Of a DNA stretch of 64,000 bases, positions 41,633 to 54,488 are shown piece by piece. The stretch comes from Eledone cirrhosa (taxonomy: Eukaryota): assembly GCA_964016885.1 (NCBI GenBank), contig OZ024743.1:17360001-17424000 (forward strand), written 5' to 3'. The translations under genes and the position numbers were made by a program. Positions within the stretch are counted from its first letter, which is position 1. Each line of letters opens with the position of its first letter. The notes below the pieces were generated by a model that made no database searches, was not told where the DNA came from, and worked only from the letters and a program-made list of their open reading frames with translations.

Positions 41633-41839
41633 TGTATTATTTTTGACCGTCGGTCAGTCAATGGCAACATTGAGGACCGAGTAAGTTAGATCGCAGATAT
41701 AAAAGACAGCGAGAAGCGAAAACCAACCAAACAGTGGGTGTGTTCTATTATTAATTCTGGCAATATTACGCAAATATGACCCTCCCCAAGTATAACAATA
41801 TATATATATATATATGCTTAATATTATTATTAGCACTGG

Positions 41840-42395
41840 CCGAATACCAGTAATGCTCTGGGTATTTGCTGGCTTTGTGCCTAAAGTAGAAACAATTATT
41901 GCAATATGTGGGCGGTGAATTGGCAGTATCGGTGGAGGGTTGGATTATGCTTTCTAGCTTAGTTACGTCCCTTTACGATCTGAGTTCAATTCCCGCCGAA
42001 GTTAACTTTGCCTTTCATCCTTACGGGGTCGATGAAATAAGGTACCAGTAATGCACTGGGTAGTTGCTGGCCTTGTGCCAAACGTAGAAACAATTATTAT
42101 TAGCACTGGGATCGATTTCAAATTGCTGGCCTTGTCCCTGAATTAGAAATAATTATTATCAATATTATTGAGACGGGTCATTGGCAGTATCGGTAGGGCC
42201 TCATACATCCTCATTCCTGCTCATAGATTTACGGCCCTTTACGGTCTGAGTTCAAATCCCGACGAGGTTAACTTTGCCTTTCATCCCTAGGGGGTCGATA
42301 AAATAAATAAAGAACCAGTAACATACAGGGGTCGAATTAAACGACTTTCCCCTTCCCAAAAATTGTTGGCCATGTGCCTAAATCAGAGACCATTA
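41840..42395 (+). mobile_element. Cluster of SINE copies and fragments
   Basis: Full copies ~41908-42100 and ~42170-42395 plus tail fragments. Confidence 0.85.
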
Positions 42396-42855
42396 TCATT
42401 ATTAATAACACTGTCAGATTAATGCATTGAAGCTCATATTACTTTGTTAAAATATAGGTTATGTTACAAATGTTTGTCGTTATCTATATTCTTCTTTACA
42501 CTCGGTGTTCGGTTCAGATGGCTTGACACTTGCTCGCAATAATCACAACAGACTAAAGAATAGACAACATAACGAAGATGGCAATAAATCTAACAAAATG
42601 TTAATCATGTAAGAACGACTTGTTCATAAGTGGACATTTCCTAAGATGAATGATTTTTCACTGACCAATAGGTGAACAATTAAACTGAACTAGAGGAAAG
42701 CTATATGAAATGCGTGGTTTACAGATGTATTTGTTCACAATATATAAGCTGAAATAGGCAAACATTTATATCGCTCTTTATTCTTTCACACATTAAAAAA
42801 CACTCACACCCAGATTAGACACACATACACACAGACACAAACAAACATTTATATG

Positions 42856-42900
<45 letters not shown>

Positions 42901-42909
42901 TATATACAT

Positions 42910-42986
<77 letters not shown>

Positions 42987-43640
42987 TGCAATCACACACA
43001 CACACGCACATAAACACATATACACAGACAAACACACACACACGCACACGCACATATATATAATGCTTGGTCTTATTATATTCACATTTCTTTCATTCTG
43101 CAAACAGGAAGGAAGACTTCATAAAATCTGCAAATATAGTCAGCTTTATTGCTACGTGTAAAGAAACGGTTACTGATTTCCCTCATATATTTAAACAAGC
43201 ATTTATTGATGTATACGCATGCACATATTCACATCTATATACACACGAAATACCTATATAAACATATGAAAGCAGCCACATCGTGTAAAGAAAAGTTTAC
43301 TTATTTCCCGAGTATATTTACACGTGCATTTAATTCTCCTTTGCTGCTCACATATGAAAACCTAGTACCAATATACAAGGTGTTAGGGTATACTACTCAC
43401 CTAAATACAGGATTATGTGGTTTTTCATGTATACGTGTAAATGTGTTTTTATTATACATTTGTGGGTGTCTAAATTGGTACATTAAGCTGAATGTTTCTA
43501 TATTCGAAGAGCAACATTTATTATACGCAACAATTTCAGGACCAGCAATTCCTTAAATAGCAATCAACGCTTATTGGTATATGAAAATCACGTGGCGTAG
43601 GTGCATGCGTCATGCACACAATCAGACATATAACACACAG

Positions 43641-43712
<72 letters not shown>

Positions 43713-43782
43713 CCCCCCACCCCCACACCACACCCCCACACACACGCACATATATATACATATATATATCATCCATCTCAAC

Positions 43783-43826
43783 TTCTATTTTTGAAAAGCA
43801 GAAGAACTGCGAAACCGGTAAGGGAA
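43783..43826 (+). ncRNA. Minimal hammerhead, U3-A8 variant (TTGAAAA), family K
   Basis: ttt-TTGAAAA-gcag aagaa ctgc-GAAA-ccg-GTA-agg; palindromic ACCGGT; weak stem I. Confidence 0.7.
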
Positions 43827-44392
43827 CCAAATAAATATATATTTTTATAAAAAAAGACTTCAGTTGCATTTTCGATTTCATCTTTTTTCCCTATATATAT
43901 ATATATATTTATAAATATGGTTTTATAAATATAGTTTCCAGTTGTTAATATCGTATATATATATATATATATATATACAGGGACATCTAGCATCAGTCAC
44001 ACAATAAATCACGCAACCGTATTCAAATGGGGTATGTAAATTAAAAATCCATGCGGCAATTTCGGGGTTCGAATGTATATCAAAATTATTGAATTATGAA
44101 ATTCTAATTCTTACTTAGGCAAAATGTATCGAAAATAAAAAAAAAAATAAATAGGATTTAATAATATACGTAACAACAATATTGTAATGCAAACGAGGAC
44201 AATATTATCCCTTAACGTGTAAAACGCGGAGATAGATGTTATATGAAGCTGTCAGCTTCCATCAGAAATATGCGATTCTGAACACTTTTCTACTGTCAAA
44301 ATTTATAATTCATGTCAATTATATGCAACAAATATTGAATTCTACTCTTGTACCTCAAATGCAACCTTCTCTAAAGCAACTTCATTAAGACC

Positions 44393-44430
<38 letters not shown>

Positions 44431-44739
44431 AAGGATTATATCAAGTTTTTCAAACGTCAAGGTTTGCTCCCTTCCGAACATTATTTGCAGACGCATTATA
44501 TTGAAACATTCTGAAACCATCCCACCCTCTTAGAAGGTCAAACGCCAGCTTTTGCGGGGTGAAATAAAGTCTGCAATACTTTTTTTTTCAAACAGACTTC
44601 GCTAGCTAAAGTCTGCACGCGTCTCATTTTCGGATGATATGGTATGTTGTTTTTTGTTCCTCTGCAGTTCCTCTGTAACTGCAGTTACACTTTTGGTGAG
44701 CTTATTTACGTCAGTGACCAACTTGTTACATTGTCAATC

Positions 44740-44830
44740 AAGAAGAAGAAGAAGAAGAAGAAGAAGAAGAAGAAGAAGAAGAAGAAGAAGAAGAACAACA
44801 ACAACAACAACAGCAACAACAACAACAATA
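44740..44830. repeat. (GAA)n(CAA)n microsatellite
   Basis: Direct reading. Confidence 0.95.
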
Positions 44831-44919
44831 AAAGCAACAGAGTCAGAAACAACGGGTATCGCATTCTTTTATATATGCTTTTGTTGCACGATTCAAGAAA
44901 AGAAAAATATGCAAGGCAA

Positions 44920-44966
<47 letters not shown>

Positions 44967-45091
44967 ATGTAAATATAATGTATTTTGCAATACACTTTAT
45001 GCTTAATTAAAAGCATTTTGAAGACCGTAAGCTATTGTTTTAAAGTAGTGACAAATTCACTCACTTCGATCTCAGCAAACAGGAGGAGATA

Positions 45092-45135
45092 AGCCGACAT
45101 GACATGTTTCGCTTTTGTTGAAGCTTATCAAGGCC
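45092..45135 (-). ncRNA. Hammerhead, U3-A8 variant (TTGATAA), family G copy 1
   Basis: ggcc-TTGATAA-gctt caacaa aagc-GAAA-cat gtc at-GTC-ggct. Confidence 0.8.
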
Positions 45136-45408
45136 AACTACCCCGCCCGTCTGCTGAGATTAATGATGTTATATTCTTATAGAAATCTAGTAAATAATCA
45201 GGAGCTGATTATGCAGAGCGGTTGTTGGTCAGGCAGAAATTAAAAATTAGAATTGTAGCTCTGAAATAGCAATATATATATGGATGTAAATATAATGTAT
45301 TTTGCAATACACTTTATGCTTAATTAAAAGCATTTTGAAGACCGTAAGCTATTGTTTTAAAGTAGTGACAAATTCACTCACTTCGATCTCAGCAAACAGG
45401 AGGAGATA

Positions 45409-45452
45409 AGCCGACATGACATGTTTCGCTTTTGTTGAAGCTTATCAAGGCC
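45409..45452 (-). ncRNA. Hammerhead, U3-A8 variant, family G copy 2
   Basis: Identical to copy 1. Confidence 0.8.
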
Positions 45453-45759
45453 AACTACCCCGCCCGTCTGCTGAGATTAATGATGTTATATTCTTATAGA
45501 AATCTAGTAAATAATCAGGAGCTGATTATGCAGAGCGGTTGTTGGTCAGGCAGAAATTAAAAATTAGAATTGTAGCTCTGAAACATGTCATGTCGGCTTA
45601 TCTCCTCCTGTTTGCTGAGATCGAAGTGAGTGAATTTGTCACTACTTTAAAACAATAGCTTACGGTCTTCAAAATGCTTTTAATTAAGCATAAAGTGTAT
45701 TGCAAAATACATTATATTTACATCCATATATATATTGCTATTTCAGAGCTACAATTCTA

Positions 45760-45802
<43 letters not shown>

Positions 45803-45807
<5 letters not shown>

Positions 45808-45915
45808 AAGAAAGTGTGATAAGAAACCAGGTGGACCATAACGCACAAGAGACCTTCGGATATAGTTGTCGAAACGGCCGGAGCTCATCCGTCGAGGTCC
45901 TGACTCTTTTCCTAA
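45803..45915. mobile_element. Diverged inverted fragment of PLE-2-family terminus
   Basis: AACCAGGTGGACCATAACGCAC then GTCGAAACGGCCGGAGCTCATCCGTCGAGGTCC. Confidence 0.7.
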
Positions 45916-45920
45916 ACACT

Positions 45921-46008
<88 letters not shown>

Positions 46009-46042
46009 CCCCCCCATACATGCATATATATATATATATATA

Positions 46043-46270
46043 TATTCATTAGTTAAGCAAAACAAGACCACAAATTTCACAAGGAAGACATTATTAAAAT
46101 ATTGTCAACATATTTACTTTGATGTAAGGAATGTAGAGAATAATAATAATAATAATATTAATAATAATAATGTACGTTTACAATTGTTTCGCTACTCCGA
46201 ATAATATTTCTGGATCAGATGACTATGTATCATAATTGATCTGGTTCAGTTGAATATAATTAACATTAAC
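46043..46270 (-). mobile_element. Fragment of PLE-3-family pLTR
   Basis: Matches 25655-25880. Confidence 0.85.
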
Positions 46271-46384
46271 ATAATTAACTGTGTATATATATATATATAT
46301 ATATATGGTATTATGGTTGGAATGCAGCCAGAGAAGTTTAGAATTTAAATAGAAAGAGAAACATCGCCACGATATTGACTAAAT

Positions 46385-46573
46385 AATTGTTTCTACTTTT
46401 TGGCACAAGGCCAGCAAAAACCCAGTGCATTACTGGTACTTTATTTTATCGACCCCATAAAGGTGAATGGCAAAGTTAACCTCGGTGGATATGAACTCAG
46501 AATGGCAAGGGCCGTAACTCTATGCGTCAAAGCATGGAGTGGACTCTCTGCCGATACTGTCAATCTACCGCCC
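46385..46573 (-). mobile_element. SINE copy with TSD CGATATTGACTAAATAAT
   Basis: Core match; flanking duplication at ~46370 and ~46573. Confidence 0.85.
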
Positions 46574-46739
46574 GATATTGACTAAATAATATAGGTTAAT
46601 AATGGGTTTTATACGGCCCAATATTAGACTATATCAGTTAGACAAGTTTAAGGTGAGCTTCTATTTTTTTCTATTTATTTCAATATGTATATATTTATGT
46701 GTGGATGTATTTGTGTGTGTTTGTCTGCGTGTGCGTGCG

Positions 46740-48051
46740 TACAGTGACTCCAACGAAACTGAACCCGCGCACGATTTGTATCACTGAATATTCATGTTCT
46801 TAACGATCAACACTAAAGTGCCAGTTATAGCGCAGATATAATTGTTATGAAGACAACACATATCTCAATGGGAGCTCCAGCACCGGATTCTCTGTGTTAT
46901 AAATGTTGTTTGTACAAGCAGGTCTTGGAACAAGCAGGCCTTGGAACATCTTAATGCATCTTTTCAACAAAAATATCTGAATTTAAATATAATGTACACA
47001 ACTGCTTGAAAGGTCTGAGGGCTTTGAGACCCTGGGGAATCTCAAATAAATCTGGGGTTCGTTTTACCCACTCTGACTGACCCAGCACGCCTACACAAAA
47101 AATTGTTCACATGTTCCGAGAGTCTGTAGAAACAGTGTTTGCGCAGGAGTAACCAATCTTTGAGACTCCCGACAGAAACTTGGGGAAGGTTTGTCAAACA
47201 GGTTTTTATGATGTGCCCTTACATAATAATGACTAAATGTAAGCTTACTATATCTGGCAATGCCAAAAGAATGGTCTTCTTTGAGAAAATGCTGAAGATA
47301 TTGGAAACCACCAAAATGTTCTATATCCGAGATGGACCTCCGATGACACCCACGTTCCCGTAAATAGATCAACTATAAGAGCACTTTGTACTGGTTGATA
47401 GAGTAACTCAGTGAATGAGGTGCGTAACTTCTCCACTCGACTAAATTTATTGTTTGGGCTGAAATATTTGAGATGGTTGGTGGATCTATTCTTCACATTA
47501 TCGGGTCTCACTCTCAATCTGACAAAGGAAACAGGTGTGAAAGTAATGGAAGATTTCTAAAAGGAACTACATATCCTGTACTTCTTTTTATTAAATAGAT
47601 TCTGGTTGCAACACAATGGAGCAGCGCCTTCACAACTCAATTGCCTCAAAATAATTGCTGCAAACTAACTTTGTTGTTATTGTGTTCAGTTCGAAGACTG
47701 ATTGTTCGTGGGTCCCACACATCCAAGATACAAGTCACCTAGCCCATGTTGGTTACCTATCAAGAAAAGGTTTCTCCAACCCATGACAATCACTGAACTA
47801 AAGGTAAACATAAAAGTGCTGATAAGAGCCGTTAACAATTCTGTTTTGTAAGGATATTGTGCTTAACCTCCATATGCACCTCAACAATTCATGGAATGCA
47901 TGGATTCACTAGTGGATCACATTGAAATTGTGCTGTAACATTGGATAAAAATGGATTTCTAACATGTAAACGTAAATACAGACATAATAATGATATGGAA
48001 GAATTAATATAGGCAAACATAAAATGTAAATTTTTTAAAAGTATCCCTGTA
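46740..48051 (+). mobile_element. Degenerate Tc1/mariner transposon
   Basis: TA-CAG..CTG-TA ends; SDDTHV (SDEAHF-like) ~47340, FWLQHNGAAP (WFQQDGA-like) ~47600, WPP-SPDL-like ~47710. Confidence 0.7.
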
Positions 48052-48439
48052 TATACATGTTTATTTCAGGTCATATCTGAAGTAAATATTGTTTTTACAC
48101 TCTACTTGTTAGTACATGTGTATACAATATTTCCCCCCAGGTATATGAATACTGCAGAGAAAGAAAAGCTTCAATAAGTGACTTTCTCTCTTGTATACAA
48201 ATCATTTTTAGTTTGTTGCTTAAAAATCTTTCATGAAAGTAGAAGTCAGAGAATAGCACATAAGATATATCACAGTTCCAAAAATACAATAGTGCTGCCA
48301 CTACTCGATGAAATGCAGAAACATTGTAAGGTGAACATTTATGAATTTCTTAAGTTCCAACGATGGTTCAATAACTATCGATTGTTCGCGTTGTGCGAAA
48401 ATGAAATATGCAGAAGTTAAGCAGAAAATGTGTACAAAT

Positions 48440-50260
48440 TATTGAAAATAAATTGAGAAACCTTTCAGTAATCTTTTAGAAAAATAATTTAAGAAACTAA
48501 ATTTTTTTTTTTTTTTATAGTAAACCATTGTACACATTCCGTAAATAATTCTGAGGGAATAAATTTTGGAACTCTTTATAATAGAGGGTTGAAGAACGTT
48601 TTGAGAAGAATTTTGGGGAAAATTTGGAGCAATAATTTCGTAAGAAATGAGACAAGTTTTCGACGAAAATTTGAGGCAATTTTGCAGAAAATTTTCCCTG
48701 AATTTTTTTAAAAAGCATTTTTGGGATTTTACTTTAAAGAAAATATGTGTGAGTTTGTTAATAGAAGTTTGTAAATAATTTTAAGGAACAATTTTTGGGA
48801 AACTTTTGGGAAAATTCATGACGGTAATTTGATAAAATATATAAAATAGAAACAAACAGATAAAGATTTGGTAACATTATACCATTACACTTTAAATTGT
48901 ACTTCAAATATACACACCTCCATGATTTGTTACTCATGATGCCTTTGCTAAATCAATTTTTTTAAATTTCATTTTTATTTAAATGTACGTTTACTCAAAA
49001 TCATTAAAAATAAATCATTTTCAGAGAATATATGTTGAAATATTATACTATAGAGTACTTCAAAGCACAATTTGGGAAAAAAGTTTGGGAAATGTTTTAG
49101 GCGAATTCCCGAAAAAATAGTGAATATGTTTCCAAAAAATACGATTAAACATTATGAGTAATTCTGTGCTGAATTACTTTTGGGGGTATTTGAGCCATAT
49201 TAAAGAGTTTTTTTTTTTTAAATCTTTAAGGAAAATTGAAGAATAGTTTATGGGAATATTTGATGATACATTTGAGAACAATTTTCAATATTTCAAATTA
49301 TTTGCATTTCCCAAAATTGTCAGAAAGAACTTTCCAGAAAATATGTTTCTTCAAGAATATCACCCTAGATGTGTACAAATCAACAAATTCGTCTGTAATA
49401 TTTTTCTGAAGATATTTCATTTTCAGAAAATATGAAAACAACAGGTACAAGTTTCGAGAAATAAGCGACAATATGTTTTCAGAAATCGGGTGAACGTTTT
49501 TAGAGAATTTTTCTTGAAGTTATTTTGAAAAGTGGTCTTGAAGGAAATATTAAATAATCGTTGAGGTAATTATTTGAGAACAATTTTAAAGAAACAATTT
49601 TTGAAATATACAGAAAAACACTTAATAAGAATTTTAAAATTCCCTTTAAGAAGGTTTTCACAATTATTTGTCAAACAATTTCAGGAATATTTTTGAGTAA
49701 ATATATTAAATGTTAGAAAGTTATTAACGCAAATACTGGATGATAAGTTGATGAATAATTTTGGTAAAACAACAACAAAAAAATGTCGTATGTGGAATGT
49801 ATATCCGTATGTGCAATCTGTCAAAGTTACCTATGAGGCATGTGCAACGGTTGAAAAAAACTTTTATGAAAATCTTTCAAAACATTTCCTTAAAGGATTC
49901 TCAAATATACAAGCCAACATTTTCTCAAATCATTTCACAAAGCCAGTTTAGTGAAACTATTCTGTTAAATATTAAAATTTAAAGAATTACAGAAACATGA
50001 ATATTAATGATTTGGAGAGAGTATATGTAGAACAATAATTTACGATAGAGTACTTCAAAGCAAAGTTTGACAAAATCATTAGGAAAGGTTCTAGGCGAAT
50101 TTGTGAAAAAATACAGAAAATGTGAAAAAAATACAGAAAATTAGATTTTGGAATTATTTTAACTATTTTAAAAGATATTTTTGAGGAATTTTAAACGACA
50201 ATTGTTACATATTTTTCATGATATATTTGAGAACAATTTTTATTTAAGAAAACCTTGTAA
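48440..50260. repeat. A/T-tract-rich degenerate repeat region
   Basis: 49020-49110 similar to 50015-50100 and 49240-49285 similar to 50205-50245. Confidence 0.45.
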
Positions 50261-50879
50261 AATATTTAACAATAACACAAATTGTCTGGGAGTTATAACC
50301 CACCTTCTCATTAAAATAATTTCAGATCTAACCATCTGTATGAGCTGTTATACTCTATCACTAAATCTATTTTATTCATTTATATTTAAATATACGTTTG
50401 AATAAAAACAGCTATAATTATCTTTGGTAGATCGAAGGTGACGTGAGTATGGAGCTGATGATGGGGCTGTTAGTGCCCTTGGTGAACAGAAGGACATGGA
50501 AAACAAGACCGCTCTTCAGTTTAAACGGAATTATTATAATTATATCATAAATAGTTTTGGACACTTGCATATCTGCACTTCAGATTATCCCTCCACGACA
50601 TAAAGGAGATCATATTCACATTGTCCTTTTCAAAAGCTAGTTCCAGCATCACTAAACATGATTTTACAGCAGCTGTGGAGAAAGGTTTGGACTTGCAAAG
50701 ATAGTTTTAATCTGTTGCTTTGATAATCCCTCATGAAATTAAAGTTACCCTTAATCTCCTCGACCACTTGGTACGTAGTTCCTTCTCTTTTTGAGCTCCA
50801 ATGATTTCACCCGGCTTTCAACCTTGTTCTTGTCCCAGCTGAAATAACTGTCTTTTCAATTCTAACCTTATCACAGGCA

Positions 50880-51260
50880 CCAATGGTTCATACCATCCAC
50901 TCCTTCGCCTGCATTTCCATCTACGTAGTCTATGCCCTCCGGTGCGCCTTTTGCGGTTTCTTACACATCGGAAAACAGGAATTTCATTTTATAAACCAAT
51001 ATAATCATCACATGTGATGAAATAGTCTAACCCTCCAGGCATTCCAGGAAATTCAACCTACGAAGCTTTAAGCACCTCCGTTACCCGTATGATACCCTGA
51101 TAGCAATCTCCGAGCCAAATGCATATGGAATACCCACCCACAACGGCTTTAGCAATAATTAGAAGACCCATCTATACCATCAAACACCGCACACACCGAT
51201 ACTCCAGGTACGCCCACCGAACACACTTCCATACACTCAGGTTTGTGAGCACCCTCAACT
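50880..51260 (+). pseudogene. Old GIY-YIG endonuclease remnant (PLE)
   Basis: SFACISIYVVYALRCAFCGFLHIG resembles FTC..NVVY.I.C..C...YIG. Confidence 0.5.
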
Positions 51261-51389
51261 ATGGGACTTTGCCAATCCTTGAGATCAGGTATGCACCACA
51301 GATACAAACAATTTCTAGAATCTGTAGATTCTGATAAAATTATCTGCTATCAAATGCTGAGCTTTACACACTACGAGGAACCCAACATT

Positions 51390-51937
51390 ATTTTCTCATA
51401 CAGCGGTGGATTGGCACTATCGGTAGAGGTTAATTTGCCTTTCATCCTTACGTGGTCGATAAAATAAAGTACCAGTAATGTACTGGGTAATTACTGGCCT
51501 TGTGCCAAAAGTAGAAACAGTTATTTTCTCATACAGCGGTAGATTGGCACTATCGTTAGAGGGTCGGACGCCATGCTTTGACGCATAGAGTTACGGCCCT
51601 TGCCATTCTGAGTTCAAATCCCGCCGAGGTTAATTTGCCTTTCATCCTTACGGGGTCGATAAAATAAAGTACCAGTAATGTACTGGTTAATTACTGGTCT
51701 TGTGCCAAAAGTAGAAAAAAATATTTTCTCATACAGGGTAGATTGGCAGTATCGGTAGAGGGTCGGACGCCATGCTTTGACGCATAGAGTTACGGTCCTT
51801 TCCATTCTGAGTTTCAAATCCCGCCGAGGTTAACTTTGCCTTTCATCCTTACAGGGTCGATAAAATGAAGTACCAGTAATGCACTGGTTAATTGCTGGCC
51901 TTGTGCCAAAAATAGAAACAATTATTTTCTCATACAG
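51390..51937 (+). mobile_element. Tandem array of ~3 SINE units
   Basis: Units separated by ATTTTCTCATACAG at ~51390, 51524, 51723, 51924. Confidence 0.88.
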
Positions 51938-53055
51938 CTCTTCTTAGCCTACTTTCTTCTTTTAAAACATGTTTCAAATCTGATTCCAAATCGTTTATCG
52001 CATAGTCAGTAGCTTTAAAATACACTAAATTACATTTTGTATATCTTTATATATTAAATTTTCATTTATATTTCTTTGATACGTCGACGACCATAGTCCT
52101 TAGCTAATCTACATTTCTCTACTTCAATTATTTTATCGTTGTATTATTTTGCCGTGTTATTTCTGCCTTCTAATTTGCTACTAAGTGTGAACACCTTGCA
52201 GATATTACATTAGAAAGGTCATTAATATTTTTCTCATTTTCCAGATATTTACACATTCTTACAATTACAATATATGATTTCAACGCTTTGGTCCTTTAAG
52301 CATTTCAATAATTCCTATATTAAAAATTACCGTCAACACAATCGCTACTGCTTTCCCTTGTAATTCCATTATATATACAATAAATATCTCATTTTATTCA
52401 CCCTTATTATTTGATAAAAACTCAACACACATCAATTATATTCTACATTTATTTGCTATATTTATATTATATCCTACATAGCATCATTATCACCTTAAAC
52501 ACTCATACAGTCCACCACTTCCAGTATCAAAATTATCCTTATTTGATTACCTGCAGATAACCACTGAAAGGTTTAACTTCATTCGTTCTAATAACTATCG
52601 TCATAAACATCATAAAGTTGACCCCCCCCCCCCCTAACTTACTTGTTAACACTATTTCTATCCCTTCTCTTCTTTCTACCCCCATTTCCATTCATGTTCT
52701 TCTATTGTCTTTCTTTATTATTACTTTTTTTTTTTTTTGTTTTCTTTTGTATGGTAAATTTTCTCTAATTTTCCTCTTATCTGTTTCATTTCTGTTACTG
52801 GTTAATATAACTTACTCAATCAGTCCTTCAAATGATTGGTTATATAACTGCATACGCATCAGCACATGTCCATGCAAATACATCAGTCCACGCAGCTCTC
52901 CCTAGCTTTTGTCTACATATATTGCCTGTGCAATTGAAAATGTAGTCTCGTCTCAAAATCCTGTGAGTCCACAAGTGAAATTCCAGACTACCCATTTAGA
53001 CGTAATACAGAATATATTGACTCATACACACATACACACGCACAGACACACACAC

Positions 53056-53210
<155 letters not shown>

Positions 53211-53301
53211 CGAAGGAAATGTGGTAAGGAACCAGGTGGACCATAACGCACCAAAGTACTCAATACTTGAGGTAGTAGAGTGGGTAATAGGAACCAGTAA
53301 G

Positions 53302-53395
53302 ACCCCGACAGCTGAGCTCAAGCCGTTTCGACGGCTAATTCTGGACTAAATGAAAATTTATCCTGGTATTTAAATAGCCGATCTTCTCAAGGGGT
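53302..53395 (-). ncRNA. PLE-2 3' pLTR hammerhead, U3-A8 core
   Basis: acccc-TTGAGAA-stem II-GAAA-stem III-GTC-ggggt. Confidence 0.82.
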
Positions 53396-54488
53396 AATTC
53401 CATATATGGTTAAAAATCAGTAGTAATTCTGTGGTTGCAAATTAGTAGGGGAGATGGTGGCTAAACCTGCCAGTAGGAGAAAGAGGGGAGGGGGTGGAGT
53501 AGACCCAATCAAGCGTTGGTAGTGCCAGCTACAGCTGGGCATGAGGTCAAAGAAGATACAGGGGAGGGGGAGGGGGAGGAAGTCGGAACGGTAGGTAGAA
53601 CAATGGGGGGTAGAAAAATATATATAGGAAAGAAAAAATACTGAGAGTGAAGAAAAGCAAATAAGTGTAAAGAAAAAAGTAAAGTAAATTAAATTCTACG
53701 ACCTAGGTCTCTGGCTATTGTTAGGCTAGAATAAAATAGAGAAAGAAAGAAGTAAAGAAATAAAGAAATAAAGAAATAACGAAATAAGTAAAAGAACTAG
53801 GTGGGACGGGATAGGCAAGGACCCTTTTAAGAGGTATAAGTACGTAAATGATACGGTGACGGGTCAACAAAAGGGGCCAAAATACTAAAGAGACTACCAC
53901 GAAATAAACAATAAAGGTTTCCATCCCGGGCCAGCAACGACCCAGTGCAGCAAAGTGAACTTGTACGAGATAATAATTCTGAGTCCCGAGAAAAATATAT
54001 ACTAATGCTAACTCTAAAAGATCTAAAACAAGCTACATGAAAGTTCGTACGAAATAAAGGTAGAATACGGAGAAATAAATTCAGAATCCACCCCGCCCAG
54101 AAGAAAAGCGAAGCAAGAAATACTGAAACGAAAAAATAAGGCATAAGTGCCACTAAGAAATATAGAGGGCACAGAGAATAGTGGGAGCGGTCGGAAAAAG
54201 GGGGCAAGTATCCGGGGTCTAAGCCAACTGCTATAAAGGGCGGAGTCCGCCAAATCTATCATAGACTAGGGGAGGGGGTGGTGGGGGTACTAAGGTTACA
54301 TGGGGCCAAAGGGCAGCCTCGGGTGGGCGAGAAAAGACGCCGACAAAGGAGAAGAGCTGGGGTAGAAGGACTAAGGAGAGAGAGGGGGGGGGGGAGGAAA
54401 TAAAGGAAGCGATAAAAGAATACAAAGAAGATCTTACGTCTTCCTTGGCAAGCAGGGGTTACCCATTGCAAAATCGGCAAGTGGGGTG

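Larger units (their letters stand above)
44963..45765 (-). mobile_element. Family G: 317-nt tandem retrozyme-like unit (2 apparently identical copies) plus inverted segment 45580-45765
   Basis: Period 317; one HHR per unit; (TA)n flanks; no ORF. Confidence 0.87.
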
